64,000 nucleotides of DNA from Lingula anatina (taxonomy: Eukaryota; Animalia; Brachiopoda), in assembly GCA_051362555.1 (NCBI GenBank), contig CM120642.1:25730001-25794000 (forward strand), written 5' to 3'. Each line of letters starts with the position of its first letter. Positions within the stretch are counted from its first letter, which is position 1. Shown piece after piece: positions 10,660 to 21,800 of this stretch. Under the pieces are notes generated by a model. It was not told where the DNA came from, did no database searches, and saw only the letters and a list, made by a program, of their open reading frames with translations. A program made the position numbers and the translations under genes.

Positions 10660-12881
10660 CTATAAAATTTTTATATAACAGAAAATACGCCCTTTATACT
10701 TTACAGAAAATGTGAAGAAAGAAAGAAATGCATACACGTGGACAGAAAGAGACAGGGGTGCATTCTAAAAGTATTTCAAATAACTGGTTCTCAGACTTGT
10801 TTGCATAGCAACAAACGAGTTTATTAAATAATGCCATATTAGCTCTCCCTGCGGTCTGTAATACATGGTGAAAGGCGGAGGCTCTTAACAAATCTCACCC
10901 GCTGTGTACAGTGCTTACCTTTTCTGAATCTCAGTACACGCTCACAATGTTTTTAGTTGTATAGATAAATAGTTAAGGTCGATACACAATGGATAGAAAA
11001 GGGCTATGTGAATTGTTTTCTTTCACCGCCTTCCTGGAAGACCGCCGGGAAGAATCAATAGACCCTTATCGTTAATTAAATGTGAAAAAATCTAGTAACT
11101 CACTGCTAAGACATAATCAAAGACCTGCTTTTAACATATGCATGCGAGTCATTATGATCACGTACACAATCGAAAAAGACGTTTAAGATTTAACATAGTT
11201 CATATATAACGCGATACTAGACGCCTATTCAGAATAAAAATGGAACGTTGATGTTTGTTTTACTATTGTGAGGGATCCAGTTGCAAATAGAAAGAAAACC
11301 AAACAAAGCATTGGTTTGCATCACAATAGCCAAACGGAGAATCGAGGTCGCGCATTGTGCTGTATGCCCTGTGCAGCGTTGGTACAGACGTGTTGAGAGC
11401 AGCAGTCAACTAAATAAGCTTCCTGATGGGTGACGAGCGTCTTTAATGGCTGCCTAACGATGAGCAGTAAAATACACGAATTAAAAAAGATAAGATGAAG
11501 GAAGTATAATTAGCTTCTTTTGTGAAAGAAGCGTAATTTGAAAACACAAAAAGGCAACTCCAATATGGAATAGGCGTCCAGGACGGCCCGTGACATGGCT
11601 TTGAAGGGACATTGGATTCAACTGTTAACATGGCTGGCTTCAGTGTTGACCTTGGCAGGTAAGTGATTCATACGGTCTCGTGTAGAACTTCAACAATCAG
11701 CAAATGATGATATCATATTTTTGCCCTGAACGGGGGTGGGGGTGGGGAGGGGGAGACTCTCAGGGGTTGGAGCCACCCCTTCGGCTGGGAAAGGGTTCAC
11801 TCATAGTCAAATTTTGCTCTTATCCTATTCCAGTACTGAGACAAACGCAAGATTCGCGGTGAAATGGTAAACTTTTCTGAAGAAGAACTTATTGTGAAAT
11901 TGTTCTTTCAAACATAAACGGGAGGAAGCAATCAGAAAGGATGATATCGCACTTTTTGTCCTGAACGGGGGGAAGGGAAGACTCGGGGGATGGAACCACC
12001 CCTTCGGCTGGGAAAAGGTCCGTTCATAGTCAAATTTTGCTCTTATCCTGCGCCAGTACTGAGACAAACGCACGATTCGCGGTGAAATGGTTAACTTTTC
12101 TGACGAAAAACCAATTCTGAAATTGTTGTTTTTAAACACATACGAAAAAAAAAAAATTTCCTGTAGCATTCATACATGTCCCTACTTTCATTTTAGCTTC
12201 GTCATAAGGACAAATGTAATTTTTGGTTGTAGTAAGTAAAAGAATACTTGCCCTGATGGCACATCGCGCATCTTTTTATGTAAATATTATCAGAATTATT
12301 TTAATGGATTGCTAATTTTAACTTTGTTATAATTGACTGATATCCCATTTACAAGCCATCGAGCCAATGAAATGTTTATTGTAATTTTCTGTTCTCATAA
12401 CGAGGTACGCTTACTTTTGTTGCGTAAGGTAAGCTGATTTAAACAAAATTTGCCTGTCGAAATTTCATCTGTGAATAGCAATGTCAATAATTAGCCTAAC
12501 TGCCAAATTTATAATACTGCTGCATAAGGTAACCTCATTTAAACTAAATTTGACGGTCAATTTTTCCTTGTAAGCAGCAATGTCAATAATAAGCCTAACT
12601 GCCAAGTTTATCATACACATTATACACATTTTACAGTTGTTTTAATTTTTAAATAATTGAATTTGAACAAACTTGCCAAAACCTAACAATACATTTCATA
12701 TTGTACTGCATTACTTGTATCTTAGGTCACTGCAAGTTAACCTTTTACAGCCTATGTAAAGTGTATAAAATAAATAAATAAAATATATTTTACCTCCCAC
12801 TGCTTCATCACAAATCAGCAACCCCATAAGGGCAGTGCAAGCCACATAGAGAAGCACGACGTTCAATACTTTGCCCATCAT
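3637..12881 (-). CDS. Secreted cysteine-rich protein of unknown function (~148 aa), proposed 3-exon antisense gene: 12881-12794, 4390-4192, 3796-3637
   Basis: Canonical AG/GT boundaries with matching phases (1, 2); 88+199+160=447 nt. Product: MMGKVLNVVLLYVACTALMGLLICDEAVGETCSTSQYQVTYNYRDELAQSTCTAMSGRRGWVYAVRRTCDGDGPTCAQICRRRALSAQDSQVSSRGLECFNALHVYGGRPQLSEDTRKDIAKLGLKIFRYNSCDGKGCGPNFCCCRSK. Exons 2-3 are well supported; the exon 1 link is inferred. Confidence 0.65.
4192..4390 (-). CDS. Cys-rich secreted protein, middle exon (TCSTSQ...WVYAVRRTC...QVSSRG)
   Basis: Acceptor ctctctttttgtgtag|, donor GG|gtaaga; 199 nt, GC-rich, no stops. The frame differs from the listed ORF 4067-4312. Confidence 0.85.
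4504..4587. repeat. 14-bp minisatellite x6 (AGGCAGGCACCACC-like)
   Basis: aggcaggcaccaca/aggcaggcaccacc/atgaaggcaccacc/aggcgggcaccacc/atgcaggcaccacc/aggcgggcaccacc. Confidence 0.9.
4749..4837 (-). pseudogene. Disabled signal-peptide exon 1 of the Cys-rich gene
   Basis: 89 nt from ATG to AG|gtcggt (vs 88 nt for the 12881 copy). Reads MKALGSPVLLFSFGYFVLVCSYN*. In the phase-1 frame its end reads LIIRD*TF* against LLICDEAVG in the intact paralog. Confidence 0.6.
4918..5040 (-). promoter_or_regulatory. Putative promoter block of the antisense Cys-rich gene (copies near 12912-13030 and 13270-13400)
   Basis: ttcagct(t/c)acagca(g/c)tgcagaatc is shared upstream of both exon-1 copies, followed by a TATA-like TATATA at ~4967-4974 and ~12970-12976. 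Confidence 0.45.
5824..6085 (+). pseudogene. Deletion scar: 29-bp remnant of a CBM14-mucin exon 2 lying 12 bp upstream of a duplicate of the gene A 3' flank
   Basis: cggcaccgtatacagggacagggacacct (APYTGTGTP linker codons), then 5865-6085, which is highly similar to 1221-1448. Confidence 0.8.
7050..9572 (+). CDS. CBM14x2 + PTS mucin protein, gene B (exons 7050-7113, 7963-9572; 557 aa)
   Basis: Signal exon MALKGLWLLNVAWLTTVLSLA G|gtaagt splices in phase 1 to ttaattcag|CTGCAAAC, in frame with ORF 8334-9572. Two CBM14 motifs, ~370 aa of ESPTTTT-type heptads, partly hydrophobic C-terminus. Confidence 0.88.
7537..7690 (-). pseudogene. Degenerate copy of the Cys-rich gene last exon in gene B intron
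   Basis: Reads ...CGPNFCCCLSK-TAA. Upstream AKLKLQFQPY (cf. AKLGLKIFRY) is in another frame and carries an in-frame stop. Confidence 0.75.
10602..10659. repeat. (GA)n microsatellite
   Basis: Direct reading. Confidence 0.95.
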
Positions 12882-15800
12882 CGGATCCAAACAAAAATAG
12901 CAATAACTGAATTCAGCTCACAGCACTGCAGAATCCGCTTATGCCGTGAACCAACGTTCGAAGACAGTCATATATAGTTTGGTATTCTTATTTCCTTGTT
13001 TATACAATCTTATCTGAAAAGAGTTATTCTGGGGAATCTGGTTTACTCAAACCACAGACTCACGATTTTAACTGATTTAGTATTTGTGCCCTGGACAGGA
13101 CACGAACATAATGCACAATAAAACTAACCAATGATAGTGCTGCTAGTGATTTTAAACAAAATTGTTGACTTTATTTATTCATTTTTACAAGTTAAAATGT
13201 AACACAATAAAGATATCTCATCACGATTTTTTTAGAATTAAACTTGAAATGCACAGGCTTAGTTGGGGTCTTGCTCATAGCTCTGCAGAATCTACTAACC
13301 ACCACGAGTTAATGTTAAACGCCAGTCATGCATACAACGTTATTCTTATTTCAATATATACACAAAATAAATTTGAGCTGATAAGAGTTAATTACAGGGT
13401 GGGCGATTAATTTATTTTAGGAAATAAAACCGCAGTGTTAGTGTGCAAATGACCTTTTTAACTACACGTATACAATTTAGTTCTGCCAGTAATTGTAAAC
13501 ATATATTTTTATATTTATTAATTTATTAGTGTAAATGAAAAAATAACCATAACATCTTCAAAAATAAAATAAATAATTAATTAAATAAATAAACAAATAA
13601 GCATTAATGCTCCAGAAAACCAATTGCACAGTATATTAGACAACTAACTCTTGTGTACTTACTTGGTAGGTTAGATAAAATGTAAGGTGGAGAAACAAAA
13701 ATGGCGCTTAAATAGGTTGACTATGTATCTCACACCGTGCCCAGGACCTCACGTTGAACAGACTTTGGTTAATTGTTTTTTCAATTATTTTTATGATTTA
13801 TTTATTAGTAGGAAATTTTAACAGGGCAACAATATGTTTGCTTCTTGTTGAAAAAAGCGGTAGAATACAATTAAAAGCCTAGATTACATTTACACGGGCG
13901 CCGTGCGATGAAATTGTCAGTGCGATTTTTTTTTAATCGCAAGGAGCTACGGGTTACGCCGAGTATGTCTACATTACGTGGCCACCTCCGCTCAGACACC
14001 GAACGAAAAGGGTATTAAAGGCAGTATACGTGCACCGTACGGGCATCGCATTTTAAATGTAATCTAGGCTTAATTGAAGTAAAACAAACGACATGGTCAC
14101 GTCGGATATCCCGTTTTCCTGTTTTGTAAATCTACCAAGGTAGGGGTAATATTTACTGTATTGATCTTAATTTCATATAACCAATCACAAATAATTGTCT
14201 GAATGCCCCGTTCACATATAATTAAGGTAGATAATTCCGTTTCAATTCGGTGACATTATAGTTTATTAAGGTATATTTGTCTTACATATCAAACACAACG
14301 AAACACGCTCTTAACATAGTGGGGGAAGTTTTCATAAGCTGTATCAAAAATTGTTACTGGGAACGCAAAATGAATGTCGTTTTTAGTAAAGCCTGATGAA
14401 TATACCGTCTAATACCTATACTAAACAAAATCTGCACAACATTTTTCGCGAGACACGGAAAAGTAAATTAAATAAAATAGCCAGACGGTAAACACCGGCA
14501 GGCATTGTCATTGTCGTCATTTTGTTAATTTAGATCCAATATTCATTTTGAGCGACAGATACATCTTCAAGTTCAGTTATGCTGTACATAATGCTTCTGC
14601 ATCTTCGGAGACTTACAGCATCAAACCTCTTCACGCAGTACGTTACACACCCCGGTATGAGAAACAAAATCTACCTTAGATTTTATAATCTTTGGAACAA
14701 TAACAAATTCAATACATTTTGTAACAATAAAAATCAGTCGTTATACAAATAAAGGAAATCCTTAACGCATTGACGTTTTCTAAATTCTAATTTTGGGAAA
14801 TATAAATAAACCTTTCGTAACATCAGATTGTTGTCAGTGGTAAATATTGAACTCAACTGTGATGACAGACACGTTCAGCTGTTTATAGTTTGCGCAAGGA
14901 GTTATAACTCCTTGGTTTGCGGTACTGTACATACATATATTTAAGTTCGGCTGTCCGAGCTATCTTTATCTATATATGTTACTGTTTTTTATTTATATGA
15001 AACGGTGTAGTTAGTTGTCTTTGAACAAGATTTTACCTTGTTTGTTAAGGTGAATATCAATAGGACGATCTCAAGCACACTTTAACATGAAAGACGGCAG
15101 CATATGATAAAATATACTTAAAGTCTATGAGCCAAAATGAAAAGAAAACTTCAAATAGTAAATCCAACACAAATATCTGATCTCTAGCTTTTGCTTCTTC
15201 CTTTCTCCTCATAACCCCTTTTTGTTAGTGCTAGGAGCAGATGTGAAAAAATTCCGTTCATTTTTTGTCCTTCGAAATACCTTGATTCACCCATGATTCT
15301 TAATGACATCTGCTTGTTTGTATTTCAACCCGCAAACATACACATATTCAAGGAAAATGTCTTGCATTACTATAATAATATAATAATATATTTATTTCAA
15401 GTCTAAAATCCATAAAATGTTCAATAGACTGTACAACATAAAATACAAAGAAGTTTATAGATAAAAATGGTTAAGATATATATTATATAAATCAGAGCTA
15501 GACAAAATTGTAATAAACAGTAATTAAAAGTAAAAAACCCAAGGTTTCTTTAATGTAAAATTTAAAATTCATGAATAAAATGTCTTAAAAATGTGAGTTT
15601 TCAATTCCTTTTTAAAAGATTCTTGTGATTCTATTCGTCTAATAAAAATTGGTAACTTATTCCATTCTACTGGTACACAAAATGCAATGTCACCATATGT
15701 TTTTAACTTTGATTTGGGAACTTTTAGTAAAGGTTTGTCACCAGACCTCAGGGATCTTTGAGGGTTATAATGTTTGACTAGACCGATTATATAAGTTGGA

Positions 15801-18800
15801 GCTAGGTTACAAAAAGCAGCATGTGTAAAAACTAAAACCTTAAATAAAATTCTGGCCCTAACTGGTAACCAGTGCAACTGTTTTAAAATTGGAGTGATAT
15901 GGCAATCCCTAGACTGTAGCATTAAAAGCCGTGCTGAGATATTCTGGATGCGTTGTAATCTTTTGATCTTATCATCTGGACATCCATATAATAAAGAATT
16001 GCAATAGTCCAACCTGGAAGTTACCAATGAGTGTATACCAGTAGCAGCAGATGATTGATTCAGATATTTCCTTATGGTGCCAATATTCCGAATGTTGAAT
16101 AAACAAGACCTTGTGATGTTGGAGATCTGCTTGTCCATTGAAAGTGTAGAATCAAAGTATACTCCTAAATTTTTTACATGGGGGGAGGATAATGCCATAC
16201 TTGCTCCAATTTTAAATTGCAGGATGTGAGCAAGGCCCTTGTTGTGGGGTTGAGTAATGACTAAAAATTCTGTTTTTCCATCATTTATCTTCAAATCGTT
16301 TGAAATGAGCCAACCTCTGAGATCTGATATGCAGTCAACAATGGTGTTCACAGACAATGATGGATCATGGATGTTACAAGATGTGTACAACTGGGTATCA
16401 TCTGCATAAAAGTGGTAACCTATCTTATGATAACGCAGAATTGCTCCAAGGGGTAACGTGTAAACACAAAACTTTTGAGGCCAAAGAACGCTCCCCTGAG
16501 GAACACCAAATAAAAGCTGTGAGAGTTCAGAAAGCACACCATTTATATTAACTTCATGCAATCTCCCAATAAGATAGGATCGTAAAAGATCTAAGGCCTT
16601 ATCTCTAACTCCTACACTCTGCTATAGAAATGTCAATAAAATATTATGCTCTACTGTTTCAAAGGCAGCAGACAAATCTAACAGTACCAATAACATAGCA
16701 GAATGTTTGTCAAGCCACTTAACAAGAAAAACTTACGATATGATGGCCCTTTATTTCAATGACTCTTCATTTTTTTTTAATTCAGCTGCAAACCATATAA
16801 CACAGGCGACGCCATGCACGGATGGCGATACGTTTCCACATCCGTCTGGAGATTGCACCAAATACCTTATATGTGCCGCCGGTTCTCTACTAGATCAGAA
16901 TTGTATCGTCGGACTCAACTTTGATCCTAATACCCATGGCTGCGTTTGGCCCAACCAGTACGCTTGCCCTACAACTACTACTACCACCACTACCACGGCA
17001 CCGTATACAGGGACAGGTAGCACCACTCCTCGGTCAGTAATTCCAACTACCCCAGGAGTCACGTCCACAACGACATGTACACATGGACAGAACTACGTGC
17101 ATCCGTCCGGGGATTGTAACCGCTATCTTACGTGTGCGAATGGCATTCTTTCAGAAACGACTTGTGCGACAGGACTCAATTTCAATCCAGATGACAATGC
17201 CTGCGTTTGGATCCGCGATTATGCTTGCCCTACTACCACCACTACAACCACTACCACGGCGCCGTATACAGGGACAGGTAGCACCACTCCTCAGACAGTT
17301 ACCCCTACTACCCCAGGAGTCACGTCCACAACGACATGTACACATGGACAGAATTACGTGCATCCGTCCGGGGATTGTAACCGCTATCTTACGTGTGCGA
17401 ATGGCATTCTTTCAGAAACGACTTGTGCGACAGGACTCAATTTCAATCCAGATGACAATGCCTGCGTTTGGATCCGCGATTATGCTTGCCCTACTACCAC
17501 CACTACAACCACTACCACGGCGCCGTATACAGGGACAGGTAGCACCACTCCTCGGACAGTTACTCCTACTACGCCAGGAGTCACGACCACAACAACATGT
17601 TCACATGGACAGAGCTACGTACATCCGTCCGGAAACTGTACCCTATACCTTACATGCTCGAACGGTATGCTTGGAGAAACTTCATGTTCAGCAGGTCTCA
17701 ACTTCAGTCCAGTTGATGGTAACTGCGTTTGGCCCTACCAGTACGCTTGCCCCCAGACCACTACTGCTACCATCCCATCCGTATCATATACAATGGTGGG
17801 AAGTACTGAATCATATGCAAACACAAAGGAATTACCAACTACAACTGAATCAAAAACAACCTCAACTAAATTTACGTCAGCGTCAACCGAATCATCAACA
17901 ACCACAACTGAATCATCAACAACTTCAATTAAATCACCATCATCCACGATTGAATCACCAACAACTACAAGTGAATCACAAACAACCATAAGTGAATCAC
18001 CAAAATCCACAAGGGAAACACCACTAACCTCAACTAAATTTCCATCAACCTCAACCACAACTGTGTCACCAACAACCTCCACCAAATCACCAACAACTGC
18101 AACTGCATCACCAACAACCTCAACTGAATCGCCAACAACTACAACTGAATCACCAACAACTTCAACAAAATCACCAACAACCACAACTGAATCGCCAACA
18201 ACTACAACTGAATCACCAACAACTTCAACAAAATCACCAACAACCACAACTGAATCACCAATTACATCAAATGAACCACCAACAACCACAACTGAATCAC
18301 CAACAACTACAACCAAATCACCAACAACTACGACTAAATCTCCAACAACATCAACTGAATCACCAATTACATCGACTGAACCACCAACAACCACAACTGA
18401 ATCACCACCAACTACAACCAAATCACCAACAACTACCACTGAATCGCCAACAACTACAACTGAATCACCAGCAACTACAACCAAATCACCAACAACCACA
18501 ACTGAATCACCAACAACTACTACTAAATCTCCAACAACATCAACTGAATCACCAATTACATCGACTGAACCACCAACAACCACAACTGAATCACCAACAA
18601 CTACAACCAAATCACCAACGACTACCACTGAATTGCCAAAAACTACAACTGAATCACCAACAACTACAACCAAATCACCAACAACTACTACTGAATCGCC
18701 AACAACCACAACTGAATCACCCACAACTACCACTGAATTACCAATAACCACATCCGAATCACCAACAACTACAACTGAATCATCAACAACTACAACCAAT

Positions 18801-21800
18801 TCACCAACAACTACAACTGAATCACCAACAACCACAACTGAATCATCCACAACTACCACTAAATCACCAACAACCACAACCGAATCATCAACAACTACAA
18901 CTGAATCACCAACAACTACAACCAATTCACCAACAACCACAACTGAATCACCAGCAACTTCAACCGAAACACCAACAACCACAACTGAATCACCAACAAC
19001 TACAACTAAATCTCCAACAACATCAACTGAATCACCAATTACATCGACTGAACCACCAACAACCACAACTGAATCACCAACAACTACAACCAAATCACCA
19101 ACAACCACAACTGAATCGCCAACAACTACAACTGAATCACCAACAACTTCAACAAAATCACCAACAACCACAACTGAATCACCAATTACATCAAATGAAC
19201 CACCAACAACCACAACTGAATCACCAACAACTACAACCAAATCACCAACAACTACGACTAAATCTCCAACAACATCAACTGAATCACCAATTACATCGAC
19301 TGAACCACCAACAACCACAACTGAATCACCACCAACTACAACCAAATCACCAACAACTACCACTGAATCGCCAACAACTACAACTGAATCACCAGCAACT
19401 ACAACCAAATCACCAACAACCACAACTGAATCACCAACAACTACTACTAAATCTCCGACAACATCAACTGAATCACCAATTACATCGACTGAACCACCAA
19501 CAACCACAACTGAATCACCAACAACTACAACCAAATCACCAACGACTACCACTGAATTGCCAAAAACTACAACTGAATCACCAACAACTACAACCAAATC
19601 ACCAACAACTACTACTGAATCGCCAACAACCACAACTGAATCACCCACAACTACCACTGAATTACCAATAACCACATCCGAATCACCAACAACTACAACT
19701 GAATCATCAACAACTACAACCAATTCACCAACAACTACAACTGAATCACCAACAACCACAACTGAATCACCCACAACTACCACTAAATCACCAACAACCA
19801 CAACCGAATCATCAACAACTACAACTGAATCACCAACAACTACAACCAATTCACCAACAACCACAACTGAATCACCAGCAACTTCAACCAAATCACCAAC
19901 AACCACAACTGAATCACCAACAACTACAACTAAATCTCCAACAACATCAACTGAATCACCAATTACATCGACTGAACCACCAACAACCACAACTGAATCA
20001 CCAACAACTACAACCAAATCACCAACAACTACAAGTGAATCACCAACAACTTCAACTGAATCACCAACAACTACAACCAAATCACCAACAACTACAACTG
20101 AATCACCAACAACCACAACTGAATCACCAACAACTACAAGTGAATCACCAGCAACTACAACCAAATCACCAACAACCATAACTGAATCACAAACAACTAC
20201 AACTAAATCTCCAACAACATCAACTGAATCACCAACTACATCGACTGAACCACCAACAACCACAACTGAATCAACAACAACTTCAACCAAATCACCAACA
20301 ACCACAACTGAATCACCAAAAACTACAACCAAATCACCAACAACTACAAGTGAATATCCAACGACTTCAACTGAATCACCAACAACTACAACCAAATCAC
20401 CAACAACTACAACTGAATCACCAACAACTACCACTGAATCACCAACAACCACAAGTGAATCACCAGCAACTTCAACCAAATCACCAACAACCACAACTGA
20501 ATCACAAACAACTACAACTAAATCTCCAACAACATCAACTGAATCACCAACTACATCGACTGAACCACCAACAACCACAACTGAATCAACAACAACTTCA
20601 ACTGAATCACCAAAAACTACAACCAAATCACCAACAACTACAAGTGAATCACCAACAACTTCAAGTGAATCACCAACAACTACAACCAAATCACCAACAA
20701 CTACAACTGAATCACCAACAACTACCACTGAATCACCAACAACCACTAATGAATCACCAGCAACTTCAACCAAATCACCAACAACCACAACTGAATCACA
20801 AACAACTACAACTAAATCTCCAACAACATCAACTGAATCACCAACTACATCGACTGAACCACCAACAACCACAACTGAATCAACAACAACTTCAACCAAA
20901 TCTCCAACAACCACAACTGAATCACCAATTACATCGACTGAACCACCAACAACCACAACTGAATCACCAACAACTACAACTGAATCACCAACAACCTCAA
21001 CCAAATCACCAACAACTGCCAGTGAATCGCCAACAACCTTAACTGAATCACCAACAACTAAATCTCCAATAACATCAACTGAAGCACCAACAACCTCAAC
21101 TGAATCACCAACAACTTCAAGTGTATCACCAGCAACTACAACTAAATTTCCAACAACTTCAGCTGAATCACCAACAACTACAACTGAAGCACCAACAAAC
21201 ACAACTAAATCACCAACAACTACAATGGAAGCACCAACAACCACAACTGAATCACCAACAACTATAACCAAAGCACCATCAACCACAACTGAATCACCAA
21301 CAACTACAACCAAAGCACCAACAACCACAACTGAATCACCAAAAACTACAACCAAAGCACCAGCAACTACAACTGAATCACCAACAATCACAACCAAACC
21401 ACCAACAACCATCACCGAATCAAGAACAACTACATCCTCGACTAAATCTCCAACAACCTCAACTGAGACACCAACAACCACAACTGAAATGCTTACAACA
21501 TCAACTGAAGCACCAGCAATCTTGACTAAATCACCAACAACGGAATCTATAACAACCATAACTGAAACAACAATGATTTCAACTGAAACAACAACAAGCA
21601 CAACAGATTCACCACTATCCACTGCAGAATCACAAACAAACACCTTGCCCGCAACTACATCAGCATTTCCAATGACTTCAACAGTGTCATCTACAACCAT
21701 AGCTGAATATCTTTCAACAAATGATTCACATGCAAAAACAATGACAATAAATTCCTTATCATCAACAACAAATACAACTGAGGCACCAACATCAACGGCA

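Noticed and set aside
14543-14680. In-frame TGAs among Cys codons as possible selenocysteines
   Set aside because: No SECIS recognised and no intact exon structure; decay or chance is simpler.
16707-16785. N-terminus MSSHLTRKTYDMM of the 1807-aa ORF
   Set aside because: Intronic or LINE-derived; the exon starts at acceptor 16786 by homology with gene B.
18271-21042. Gln/His/Asn-rich alternative-frame ORFs (also 8368-8868, 8881-9255)
   Set aside because: Shifted reading of the 21-bp repeat, broken by stops.
17830-21540. CRISPR-like regular repeats
   Set aside because: Contiguous coding repeats with no unique spacers or cas genes; eukaryotic context.
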